A stretch of DNA of 64,000 nt, taken from assembly GCF_006345805.1 (NCBI RefSeq), contig NC_042998.1, forward strand, positions 1,674,001 through 1,738,000, written 5' to 3'. The notes under the pieces are model-generated. The model ran no database searches and was not told the origin of the DNA. It was given only the letters and a program-made list of their open reading frames with translations. Made by a program: the position numbers and the translations under genes. This document shows positions 40,228-52,450 of this stretch, piece after piece. The DNA is from Octopus sinensis. Taxonomy: Eukaryota. The first letter of the stretch is position 1, and each line of letters starts with the position of its first letter.

Positions 40228-40270
<43 letters not shown>

Positions 40271-40322
40271 TATACATACATATATATACATATATATACA
40301 TACATTCATATATATATATATA

Positions 40323-40358
<36 letters not shown>

Positions 40359-40364
40359 CATACA

Positions 40365-40412
<48 letters not shown>

Positions 40413-40425
40413 ATATATATATATA

Positions 40426-41135
40426 TGTTTTATTTTGCATTTGGCTATATGTTGTGAAAGTAGCACTATATCATCTGCAAAGTCGAGATCTTCTACAGCT
40501 TCCGCATCCGTCCATTCAATGCCTGATTGGCTTTCAATCATAGTTTCCTTCATAATCCAATCTATAACTAATAGAAATAAAAAGGGAGAAAGTATACAGC
40601 CCTGTCGAACTCCTGTTTTTACTTCGAATTTATCCGTAGCTCCGTTTCCATGCAAGACTCGGCATGACATTCCTTGGTAAGTTGCTCTTATTATAGATAT
40701 GTACTTGTCTAGTATGCCATAGTGCGGCATAATTTTCCATAAGCCTTCCCTATCTACGCTATCAAATGCAATCATTCATCAACAGATGCATGCGTAGTAT
40801 ACTTAAAATTAGATGGCCCGAACACATAAGCAATATGGAGCTATGGCAAAGAAGAAATGAAGTTTCGATTAGAGAGCAAATATTTAGGAAAAAGTGGAAG
40901 TGGATTGGTAGCACAATTAGAAAAGACACACCAAATGTAGCGAAAAGTGCTTTAAAGTGGAAACCGGTTGGATATAGAAAAAGAGGTAGGCCTAAGAACT
41001 CGTGGCGGAGGTCAACACAAAAGGAACAAGAGAAAGGGGGACATTCATGGCAGAGTATAAGTACAGAAGCCAAAAATTATGCGACATGGAATTCAACTGC
41101 CTATACTGCGCGTTGGAGGGTTAAAGGCATAAAGA
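40426..41135. mobile_element. RTE-clade LINE insertion with 5' inversion
   Basis: Minus strand 40426-40769: [35 protein letters not shown]. Plus strand 40764-41135: [37 protein letters not shown], then an (AAG)/A tail. Confidence 0.92.
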
Positions 41136-41325
41136 AGAAGAAAAAAACATATATATATGATGGGTTAGGGGGGTAGTGGTGCGATTTTGTGGTTTGCTGA
41201 TATGCCAAGAGAGATCCAGCGCACAATTATATACATACAAACATATACATACATGCACACACATATACAAACACATGCCTGAAGAGAGAGGATGACAGAC
41301 AGTGTCCGTCCACAACGAAGTTTTC

Positions 41326-41368
<43 letters not shown>

Positions 41369-42189
41369 TCTCTCTCTCTCTCTCCCTCTCTCTCTCTCAT
41401 TCTACTGCTTTACCACTGACTCTATAGCAAGTATGTTGCGAGTGAAAGAACCTGTTTAAACGAGACTATAAAAAGGAGAAAGCAAAGTCTTCGGTGTGAG
41501 TCTGTGGTTTGTGGGGTCGACCGCGTCCTCCGCTTCATTCTTTGTTAATCACTCATTCTCATTTAATTGTTTATATTTCAATTGTTTGTTTATTCATACG
41601 TTTCGTCTCATTCGATCCCCTAACCCCAATGTTTGTTTTGCCTGTCCTCGTATCGTCCCCTCTTTTTCTCAACCTCGTGGTTATTAAAGAAATTGACCGG
41701 AATTGTTTTACTTGTCTTCAAAATTGAAATTGACATCCAATATTTGCAGTGTGCAAATCTCTACTGATTTAAGTATCTACAGTCTCTCTCTCTCACTCTC
41801 TCTCTTTCACTTCCTTTGTGTCCTTCTTTTGTTTCAGCAGACATTTATCAGTTCTTTCGAAACCCTTTTATCAATTTACAGGACAAACACCGTTGAACAA
41901 AAAGTAAACTTCCGGAACCAAAGATCGTTACTTGGTTTCATTTACTGTTTTTAAATCATATTTTCTTACTCTGCTAATATTAATGAAGAAAAGTATGAGT
42001 GTCACATTTCTCATTTCCCTCTCGTCCAATAAATATTCTTAATCGAAAGAAACAAATTTTTGTCGAAGATGTGTTTGTTAAGCATAGATCAACACGGTTC
42101 GTACAATGGCAAATGAAAATAACACAGACGTTTCATTTTAACAGATATATTTACCAAAATTACATAAAAATATCTTGAAATATTAAAGA

Positions 42190-42650
42190 GTAAATTTATT
42201 CAGTAGAATCGCCATTTGGCTTCAACCACGACCTCCAGATGACTTCAGAATCTCCTGCAACTCTTCTGGACAGTCTCCTTGTTTAAGTTGGTCAATGCGG
42301 CCATAATCCTTGCCTTCAGTCATCTTTCTCGCTCAACTGCGCCCCACACATAATAATCACGGGGGTTGCAGTCTGGAGAGTTAGGTGACCAGATGTTAGG
42401 AATAATGTGGTCGCAGAAATTGTCTGACAGCCATGACTGAGTTCTCCTGCTTGTGTAGAATGGTACAGAGTCCTGTTGCCAGATATAGGCTCTTCCAGCA
42501 GCCACCCTCTTGACCCAGAGCAGCACTACCTCCTCCAGACACTTGATGTAGGCCACCATGTTGAGTCTGAGGTCGTGTGGGAAGATGAATGGAGGCATAA
42601 CGTCGCCATCACTAGTGATCACTCCAAACACAATGATGTTGACTGAATGT
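42190..42650 (-). mobile_element. maT (DD37D) transposase 3' fragment
   Basis: VFGVITSDGDVMPPFIF, YIWQQDSVP, WSPNSPDCNPRDYYVWG. Confidence 0.85.
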
Positions 42651-42742
42651 TTAGGTGTTTTCGCCCACAACGAGTGGGAATCGAAACCGCGATACTACGA
42701 CTGCGAGTCCGCTGCCCTAACCACTGGGCCATTGCGCCTCCA
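42651..42742 (-). mobile_element. Family C SINE head
   Basis: GGCGCAATGGCCCAGTGGTTAGGGCAGCGGACTCGCAG..CGGTTTCGATTCCC. Confidence 0.8.
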
Positions 42743-43534
42743 CGTATGTATGTATGTATGGGTGAAATGACAATGATGCTTAGCCCCAAGCAGAAACTAC
42801 ACCAGCTTCAAAAAGCTGTTACCAGCTGTTCTTCTGTTGTCCATTTTTGTGTTGTATACGAATATGTTAAACAACAACACTGAATAAATTCCAAAAAAAC
42901 AAACGCAACATCCTCAATGAAAAACAAACTGAACGTTGAACACTGCCAAAGAATGTTTTTTCCTTGACCTCCAAGCAAAATTACAGCAGTTGATAAAGTG
43001 AAAAATGTAAGCTATAAACAAAGATCACCTTGAAAGAAAGCTAAAAGAAAACAGAGACGGGCGTTGTTGCAGTTGGTAATCATGGTATAATTGTTTAACC
43101 ATGGTCCAGGCCAACTCTGATCGAGAAAAACCAAGGATGTTTCAGATGTGCTCATCTGCTACTTTAGGGTCACTAAGCGAAAATTATCCAATGTGTCCTC
43201 CTCTTTTGGGATGGTAGGTTGTCATTCAAAAGAGATTTTGCTGCTATTTCTAGTATCTCAAGCGACAAAGTAAGAGCGTCTTCCAATTTAACACTTTCAA
43301 TGCGAAAGCAGTTTTATAGACCAGTCTATAGACCAGTCTATCTGTTGTTGCGAAATGTCATGTTTAAAACTACTTTCTTTTGAGATATAAGTTTAGTAAG
43401 GCAACATGGAGAAAATACCAATTGGTTTTTGTTTTTTGTTTTTTGAGAGATAATTAACATCATTACTGAAATAACAATAAAATTTAATATTGTATTTAGT
43501 ACTGTATTTTGTTTGTTTTGTTTTGTTGGGTTTT

Positions 43535-43790
43535 TTTTGCCAAATAAACACACGCACTGTATATTCGTTCTTCACTCGTTTATTACTGTCCTTATTTTAA
43601 CTCATGTCCATTGTTCGGAAATCTTTCGTCACACATCTGTGACCTCTTCAGCGACACTTTCCGTCCTCGTGTGTGCTCCTGCTCTGGTTAGTCCATTCTG
43701 TTCTTCCAGAACAAAAAAAATATGACCATCCCGAAATACAACAATATCTGTTTCCAACACGCGGTTTTACATCAGGAATCTTGCAACACA
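43535..43790. mobile_element. HHR family F2 element with internal inversion
   Basis: HHR half on the minus strand (43535-43710). The 3' half TATGACCATCC..GAATCTTGCAA is on the plus strand (43712-43790). Compare the collinear copy at 32455-32692. Confidence 0.75.
43612..43657 (-). ncRNA. Type I hammerhead ribozyme (F2)
   Basis: Minus strand: GTGTCG-CTGAAGA-G-GTCAC-AGATGT-GTGAC-GAAA-GATT-TC-CGAACA. Perfect 5-bp stem II, near-palindromic stem III, UUC triplet. Confidence 0.75.
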
Positions 43791-44024
43791 ACTTCATAAA
43801 CGTAATAATATTTAATTTTGCAATGAAAGGGTAAAGCTCTTGGAAATCTCTCTTAAAGATATTATGAAGATATTTGAAGGCGCAGGCGTGGCTGCGTGGT
43901 AAGAAGCTTAATTCCCAACCACATTCCCAACCAAGATTAAAAACGTTTTGAATGGTACACCAACGCACTATAATACAGACAATGGGCTGAGTATACCTGT
44001 TGTAATTTAGTCATCCATAGTCTG

Positions 44025-44061
44025 ATATGATATTTCGGAATAAAATTCCTTCTTCAGATAT
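44025..44061 (-). ncRNA. Candidate minimal hammerhead ribozyme (F5)
   Basis: Minus strand: ATAT-CTGAAGA-A-GGAAT-TTT-ATTCC-GAAA-TA-TC-ATAT. Complete core; stem I only 4 A-U pairs. Confidence 0.55.
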
Positions 44062-44555
44062 TCTGAAGTGGAATCGCTAAAACCGATTATAGCAGCGACT
44101 CTACTACAAAGGGACATCTTCTGACCCATGTATTATCCCTTGCTATCAACATTTTCGACGGGTCAGTGCGATCATAACGCATGGTTTGCCCCTAGAGTGG
44201 GGATAAATAGCGATCATAATTAACAAACAACTAAAGTTAGAAGCTTTCTTTAAGCCTACCCCCCCCCCCCGACGCCCGCTCCTATTTCACATCCATCACC
44301 CTCAACATCCAAACTCCCTGCAGTCAAACAAGCAACGCTGTTTCCACCATTTCAGTGGCTCTCAGCCATTTCTTGTCCGTGGACTCGTTTGATTACCATT
44401 TTATACTGGTGCCCCACCTAGCATTCCAATGTTTAGAAACTAGTTTTATGGATTTTTCTTTCAAAATACCTATTTTTTCATCACATATTCACTTGCATAG
44501 GCTGAACTATGTAAAACGTCAGAGAAAGAGACCTGGCTGTTTCTTGCAATAAAGA

Positions 44556-45120
44556 TTGGGTTGTTCGGAAAGTTCTTGCCGATTTATAGCAGCTTACCTT
44601 TCGACTTATTTTAGAACATGGCTGAGTCCATGAAATAGGATTTGACTACACCTCCATTCAGAGCACAGTTTAAGCTAGCTTTTTGTGGAAGAAGGTTTAT
44701 GTTCCTATAACCTGTGTTAATTCTGTATACCTTTAAAATGGAAGATAAGAAAGTTCATTTTCGGCACTTGATGCTTTGGGAACCAGACAAAATTGCTGCA
44801 GCTCGGTTGGTATGTGTTACTCCACCCTCCATATTCACCAGACATTGCTCCTTTGGATTTACAATTATTCGAGTATCTGCAGAATAGTCTTAATGGTAAA
44901 AATTTTAGTTCCTTGGATGACGTAAAAAGATACCTTGATGAATTCTTTGCCACGAAACCCCCTCAATTCTGGGAAGAGGGTATTTTCAAGTTAAAGGAAA
45001 GATGGAGACGCATTGTGCAACAAAATGGTTCGTATTTGGTTGATTAAAAATGTAATGGCAAGTATTTATTGACCTTTTTCTTTCCTTTAAAAATCGGCAC
45101 GAACTTTCCGGACAACCCAA
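44556..45120 (+). mobile_element. Internally deleted mariner with both TIRs (565 bp)
   Basis: TIRs TTGGGTTGTTCGGAAAGTTCTTGCCGATTT / AAATCGGCACGAACTTTCCGGACAACCCAA, right TA intact. N-terminal MEDKKVHFRHLMLW is joined to C-terminal LLQLGWYVLLHPPYSPDIAP..NGSYLVD-stop. Confidence 0.92.
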
Positions 45121-45328
45121 TACATCTCAAGCAAAATACTACTACAAACTCAGCTTATTATTTTATTTGTGTGAACTCTGCAAGATGTTATATGGACCCC
45201 CAAGGGATCATATTGCGCCCGGTTCAGAACCCCTACACTATTTGATCACATTTCAGAAGAGTCTCGAGAGGATTTCACTTCTCCTCTGTATATATACAAA
45301 TAAATTTTTGTTCATATTTACATACATG

Positions 45329-45412
<84 letters not shown>

Positions 45413-47154
45413 CAAAGGATAAATCGAATAATATAGGATTAAGTAAAAACCATGTGTTGGAAAGAAATTTGAGTTGCACGTAATTGAAAAATTTGGAAGG
45501 TAATTGAAATCTATGTAAAACTATGTAAATAAAATTTGTTTGTTTGCTTTGTGTGTGTGTGTGTGTGTGTGCGTGTGTGTGTGTGTGTGTGAGTGTGTGG
45601 ATTCTTTTGTTATTCAACACCTTTTGAAGAGAATACAGGATTATAATTAAAATACTTGACGTGACTGGGTTACTTAATGCAAATAGAATGAAGTACAATA
45701 GATTTGATCAAAAGAAACCAAAAACATATTTATATTTATGTTTGTTATGTGTCTGTGTGTGTGTATGTATGTGCCTGGATTAAGTATTATAGATATATTT
45801 AAAATAATCAAATCATGCGTAAAGCCGAGGAGTCAGCAGATGAAAAAAATGCCTAAGCAGAAGTTGTTGGTAGCCGAGCCAGGAAAGTTAATTTCATTTT
45901 CAGAGACTTTTATCATACATCTAGTATTCTACATGCACATAAAAAAGCGCGCAGAAACACAAATACACGTGTGTGTGTGTGTGGTGTGGTGTGTGTGTGT
46001 GTGTGTTGTGTGTGTGTGTGTTTATGTGTGAATGTAAACATAGTTAATAAAAAACGGAGAAAAAAATAAAGCAACGCAAGGGCGTGGTACATGCAAAGTA
46101 TTAGCAGACGCTCAGTGAAGGAAAGAAAGGGTGTTTTACGTTTCGAGCAAAGCTCTTCTTCAGAAACAGGAGACAGAGGAAAGTCCAAAAGAAAAGAAAG
46201 ACGGAAGAAAAAATCGCCAACAATTCACATGGAGTCACGTTTTGGAATGACCGGAAGTAGATGAACAAAGAGAAAGTGCTTTCTAACACAGGAGAGTGTA
46301 AAGAAAGGTTGGTATATGTGTGTATGCGTGGGTGTGTGTGATTGCGTGTGTGTATATGGTAGCGTGTGGTGGTAGTGGTATGTGTGTGTGTGTGTGGCAG
46401 TAACTGGGTGCGTGTGTGTGTTAGTATATGTACGTAGACGGAGTGGGAATGTGTGTGTGTGGACATGTGTATGGGTGAACGAACTACGTGCGGTGGCGCA
46501 GGGTGAGATGGGGTAAGTCCTAAAGGACGTAGCAGGATCACAGACCAATGCGACCAGTCCGGCCAAAGGTAGCGCGAAAAAGAACGACACCGCCTTCACT
46601 AGACACCGGTCACGTGGTAGGGCAGGGGAAGTATATAGAGAAGGAAAGACTGGGATACAGAGAGAGGGGAGGAAAGAGCAGTGGGAGTGGAGAAACAGAG
46701 GGAAAGAGAGGGAAGAGAAAGATACATGGGGGGTAAGCAAGGGTGGAAAGAGAGAGTAAGAGTAGAGAAAGTGATAGAGTAAAAAGTAGAAGTGGGAAGA
46801 GTTAGAGTCAGTTCGCACAATAAATATTCAAGAAATATTTTTGACAATGAAGTTTCTCTCAGTATACATTCGCTGGCTTTTTTCCCAGTAGCTTAATAAC
46901 AGCACTGGCACCACCAACTTTGTGTGGTCTCAATGATAATTGTGCGAAACCACAATGATTTCTTGGTCATTGACTGATGAGGCAAATTCAGCAGCGAATA
47001 TTCCGTGTATCGTGTCCTTGTCTACATTCCCCGACTGTTAAGTTTTCGCTTCGCTTCCTGTTTACACTGCTTTCGTCTAACTTTTTCTCCTTGTTGTGTT
47101 CTGTCTGTTCAATCATTGATACAGCCATATAGTGCAACACACACCCTGTTTGTT

Positions 47155-47200
<46 letters not shown>

Positions 47201-47327
47201 GGAAAGGTTGAGTTCTATTTCATTTTTTACTTTGTAGGGTTCCAAAGGTCGATTTCTAATAAAGAATTCTTCATATTACATTGGTAGCTTACTGTTGTAA
47301 GAATTTTCAGAATATGAAAATGCTACG

Positions 47328-49651
47328 AGTATAAGGTGTGTTATGAGCACTTATAGAACATATATCCCATAGAAACTCAACAAAAAATTAAAGATGTAGA
47401 AGAAAAGATGTTAAAAGTTTTAAAAGAATTTAATCTATGCATACGATTGTTTCAAACGATAATATTAGCATGTAAATAACATGGTAAAAAAATTAGAAAT
47501 TAATTTAATTATAAAGAATAGGACTAAAATATCAATGAATGAAATCAAAATAAGAATTGAAGCTAGAAAAACTATAATCTCTCATCAATTGGACTAGGAA
47601 GGTTACTCCAGATTGTTTCAATATCCCCATGGACGCGCAAGACTCCGCTGAAGTGACCGACTTAGTTGGAATTTACCTTTTACATTTACTGAAAGAAGAA
47701 TTCCCTGAATTGGAAGGTGGCCTTTACCGTGACGATGCAGTATTCTTACTTAGAAATACCTCCAACAGGAAACTTGCACTATACAAAAATAATATTACAT
47801 AATTTCTTCAAAACCCAATGACTAATCATCACCATTGAAAAAGATAGCAACTCAGTGAACTTCCTAGACGTTAAGTTTAACCTTGATACCTCATATTATC
47901 GACCTTACCATAAACCTAACAATAACATCGCATACATACATGTACAAAGTAACCATCCTTATAATATTATAAAAAAATCTAACCTCTAACATAGAAAGTA
48001 GAATTAACTTATCATCCAATGAAGAAATTTTTAACAAACATAAACACTACTATAATCTAGCACTTAAGAAGGCAGGATACAAATATCGAATTAAGTACAA
48101 CAAAAACAATAGCACCTATTCTAATTATTCCAATAATTATCTAGATAAGAACAACACCAACCATATTAATGAACCTAAATCAACTGGTGAATTAGAAAAC
48201 CCCGACAAACAATTAAATTCTCTGAATAATAATAATCATCAGCAATACATTAGCAATAGACACAATCAACATTGTGTTTATTATTAATAAACACTATCAA
48301 TAAGAACACCACAACCATAACTTCACTAAAAGAACAAATAACATAAATTTTACCGAGTCACAAATCCCCAACTACACTGTTAATAATGTAATTAAACCCA
48401 AGTATATGGACAATAAATGCACAAAACAATTAATTATAGATAGAAATAAGAACATTAAACCAACACACTTAAAAAGTCAAACTTATCCCACTACATTTAA
48501 TCCTAATAATATATATAATCGCAAAAATCATATTAATAAATTTAGGAATAATATAGAAAAAAGAAACCTATACCATATGTAAGAATAGATGACTCACAAA
48601 ATATAAACCATTACGATAATAAAGAAAACAACAATAACATCATTTGGATCATAGTTCCGTTTGCAAAACATCTAAAATCTAATTTTATTAAATCCATTAG
48701 AAGTATTATTAAAAAAACTTTAAAAACTTTAAATATGCAAAAATATGTAATAACAAAATGATCAGATTTGGATTTTCAGTATCTCCAAACCTATTTAGGA
48801 TCATCTCTTCATTTAACAATAACAAACTAGACCAATTCTATTATAAAAAAAAAAACTCCTTCTGATATACCTAGTAACCCCAATAATTCCATATCTAATA
48901 ACTACAATTATCAGAATAACCAAAACTCAATTACCCTTAAAACATATAGACATAACAATAGAATACCAACTAATAATTCTAATTGTAATTGTAGAAACCC
49001 AAGTACTTGTAAAGTAGATGGAAACTGTAAAATGAAAGATGTAGTATACCAAGCAACAATTATTACCCATAATTCCTCTAAACTTACATCCGATATACGC
49101 AAAATTCTTTCAAATTAAGATTAAATAATCATAAATCATCCTTTAATGACCCTAGAAAAGAAAATAGCACAGGTATATCCAAAAGGTTTTGGTAACTTAA
49201 AGAAAGCAATATAGTTTACACGTTTTCTTGGAAAAATACATTCTTCAGCCCCATCTTATAGACGTAATAACAAGATCTGCAAATTATACCTCGAAGAAAG
49301 TTATAAAATAATGAAAATGAACGGGATTCTTGTTAATTCGAGAGATGAAAAGATTTTTGTTGCAGACATATGTCAAAATTCCTTTTTATTAATCTTAAAT
49401 AATCTTCCCCCCACCACCACCTTAACTCTTTTTATATTATTTCTTCTCCTTATAATTAAGTTTTTTGTGTGATACCTCTCTCTACATTTTTCCTATCTAT
49501 TGTATCAGATTTCTATTCTATAATACTCTCCACATTAATTACCTTAAACTACTTGGATATTCATATAATGTTCAACCATCCCCCTCTATATGGTATGAAC
49601 TTCCTTTTATTAATATAACATCTCTACCAAATCTTCATATACCTTCCCTTA

Positions 49652-49703
<52 letters not shown>

Positions 49704-49790
49704 TATATATATATATATACATTAATTTGTCTGTAATTTATTTCTTTTACAATATGTTTACTTAGATACACCCCTATCTTACCTATTCCA

Positions 49791-49843
<53 letters not shown>

Positions 49844-50159
49844 GTATATCCGATTATGTTACGTGACATTCACTCCATCTAGTCTTCTGTAAAAATATAG
49901 TATTTTTCAGATGTTTGTTTTGATGTATTCCTTTCTTGCACTGAGGAGAACAGTAAAATGTAATTAATTTAATTATAATTAAATTAATTTCTTTTCTTTT
50001 TACCATATTGTTTACATGCTAATATTACCGTTCGAAACGATCGGATGCACGAAATAAGTTATTTTTTAAGCTTTAGCACTTTTTCTCCTCCATCTTTAAT
50101 TGTTTGTTGAGTTTCTATAGGATATGTGTTCTATAAATGCTCATAACACACCTTATACT
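47328..50159 (+). mobile_element. Penelope-like element: decayed RT plus C-terminal GIY-YIG, 3' pseudo-LTR and inverted 5' pseudo-LTR piece
   Basis: FNIPMDAQDSAEVTDLVGIYLL, GGLYRDDA, VNFLDVKFNL, YRPYHKPN; CNCRNPSTCKVDGNCKMKDVVYQAT..FKLRLNNHKSSF..NST. 47328-47514 is an inverted copy of about 49975-50159. Confidence 0.88.
49933..50053 (+). ncRNA. Type I hammerhead ribozyme in PLE pseudo-LTR (U16.1 mutated to G)
   Basis: TTCTTGCA-CTGAGGA-GAACAGTAA...TTACCGTTC-GAAA-CGATCG-GA-TGCACGAA. Stem I 7/8, stem II 8/9. The inverted copy at 47438-47453 retains GAAAC..G-TA-TGCA. Confidence 0.8.
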
Positions 50160-50222
<63 letters not shown>

Positions 50223-50313
50223 TGTGTGTGTGTGTGTGTGTGTCTGTGTGTGTATTTATGTATGCATATTTATACGTATATATATACATGTATATATATA
50301 CATATATGTCTAC

Positions 50314-50360
<47 letters not shown>

Positions 50361-50477
50361 TATATATATACATATATGCATGTATACGTATATATATATA
50401 CATATACATATATACATATATATATATATTATATATATATATTATATATAATATATATATATATATAATATATATAT

Positions 50478-50566
<89 letters not shown>

Positions 50567-50567
50567 T

Positions 50568-51071
50568 ATTCTATCCTACATTAGATGTTAATTTAATAGT
50601 ATTCACTTCCGAACTCTCTCCTTTTACGAGGGTTTTTAGTTCGAATCGCACGTGACTCGAGATAGGCTGGAGACTTTCTATTTTGAATATATTTGGGGTA
50701 CTTAATTGTGCTCATGACTTAGTGTTCACTTCTTCCATGGGTATAAGTAAGTATTTCACTTATCCTTTGTCGCATTTATCACTGATGAAGGGAAGGTTCT
50801 TATGAACTAACTCTGAAATCGGGTCCGAAATAGTAATAACGAGATCTTTTAGAAGTTTCTATCGGCTTTCTTCGAAATACGTGCTTGTTAGTGATAAATT
50901 ATATGGTTATTGACGTTGTCTATTTTCGGCATATTTTGGCACTAGAAATTTTTTTCTTTTGCCCTTTCTTATAAGTTCTTTATAAATTTAACCTTTAAAG
51001 GTATTTTTTTAATATGCTGGCCATTGATAGAATTTTTTTCGAAAAATTCTATCCTACATTAGATGTTAATT
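50568..51071 (+). mobile_element. Terminally redundant 478-bp unit in (TA)n with HHR-like core (retrozyme-like)
   Basis: Perfect 26-bp direct repeat ATTCTATCCTACATTAGATGTTAATT at 50568-50593 and 51046-51071. CTGATGA at 50782 followed by GAAA boxes at 50815, 50827 and 50874. Confidence 0.6.
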
Positions 51072-51219
51072 ATATATATATATATATACACACGCGCAGG
51101 AGTGGCTCCCCGCCTTAATCATACATACATACACTAAATATTGTGGAAGAGAAATGGATTGGTGCTTTTCTATTTCCTACATTGCCACAGTGTTAGAATG
51201 TGTCCTGGTAGTTCCAGAC

Positions 51220-51308
51220 ACAATGTGCCACAGATGCAATGTGCCACAGATGCAATGTACCACAGGTGCAATGTGCCACAGGTGCAATGTGCCACAGACA
51301 CAATGTGC
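51220..51308. repeat. 16-bp minisatellite, about 5.5 copies
   Basis: Unit CAATGTGCCACAG(A/G)TG, no spacers. Confidence 0.9.
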
Positions 51309-51605
51309 TCTGGTATCAACAGAGTAATCGGGGCGTCTCACTGAGGAAATTTCATTCAGCATCGGCAAAAAAAAAGCAGACGATGGACTCACCTCTTTAA
51401 TAAAACACAATACCACAATACACAGACACACACACATACATACAAACACACGCACATACACACGTATATGTGTGTGCATGTATGTATGTATGTATGTATG
51501 TATGTATGTATGTATGTATGTATGTATGTATGTATGTATGTATGTATGTATTCGTGAACATGCATTCAGAAACATGAATGTATATCTGAATGTATACAAA
51601 CATAT

Positions 51606-52022
51606 ATACTCTTTTACTCTTTTACTTGTTTCAGTCATTTGACTGCGGCCATGCTGGAGCACCGCCTTTAGTCGAGAAACTCGACCCCCGGGACTTATTC
51701 TTTTTGTAAGCCCAGTACTTATTCTATCGGTCTCTTTTTGCCGAACCGCTAGGTGACGGGGACGTAAACACACCAGCATCGGTTGTCAAGCAATGCTAGG
51801 GGAACAAACACAGACACACAAACACACACACATACATATATATATATATACATATATACGACAGGCTTCTTTCAGTTTCCGTCTACCAAATCCACTCACA
51901 AGGCATTGGTCGGCCCGGGGCTATATCAGAAGACACTTGCCCAAGATGCCACGCAGTGGGACTGAACCCGGAACTATGTGGTTGGTTAGCAAGCTACTTA
52001 CCACACAGCCACTCCTGCGCCT
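51606..52022 (-). mobile_element. Family B SINE, full length
   Basis: Head AGGCGCAGGAGTGGCTGTGTGGTAAG..GGGTTCAGTCCC, core CTTGGGCAAGTGTCTT, internal microsatellite, (GTAAAAGA)n tail. Confidence 0.92.
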
Positions 52023-52029
52023 GTATTAA

Positions 52030-52211
52030 TTCTTTTATTCTTTTATTTGTTTCAGTCATTTTACTGAGGCCATGCTAGAGCACTGCTTCGAAAGGTCTTA
52101 GTCGAAGAAATCGACCCTATTCTACCATATTCTATCGGCCTTCTGTGCCGAACCGCTAAGTTACAGGGCCATAAACACTCCAGCATCGGTTGTCAAGCGA
52201 CGTCGTGAAGA

Positions 52212-52279
<68 letters not shown>

Positions 52280-52450
52280 TATAGATATATATACAACGGG
52301 CTGGCTTCTTTCAGTTTCCGTCTACCAAACCCACTGAGAAGGCCTGGGTCGGCCCGAGGCTATAGTAGAAGACACTTACACCAGTGCAACACAGTGTGAC
52401 TAATCCTAGAAACGTGGTTGGGAAACTATTACCACACAACCACACCTGCG
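52030..52450 (-). mobile_element. Family B SINE, diverged
   Basis: Collinear with the adjacent copy. Confidence 0.85.

Noticed and set aside
41279-41330. CTGAAGA followed by GAAG
   Set aside because: GAAA box, stem III and stem I are not recoverable.
46938-46988. Permuted hammerhead-like arrangement (GAAA at 46946, hairpin CAATGA/TCATTG, CTGATGA at 46974)
   Set aside because: No stem III and no UH cleavage site between GAAA and the hairpin; cannot form the core.
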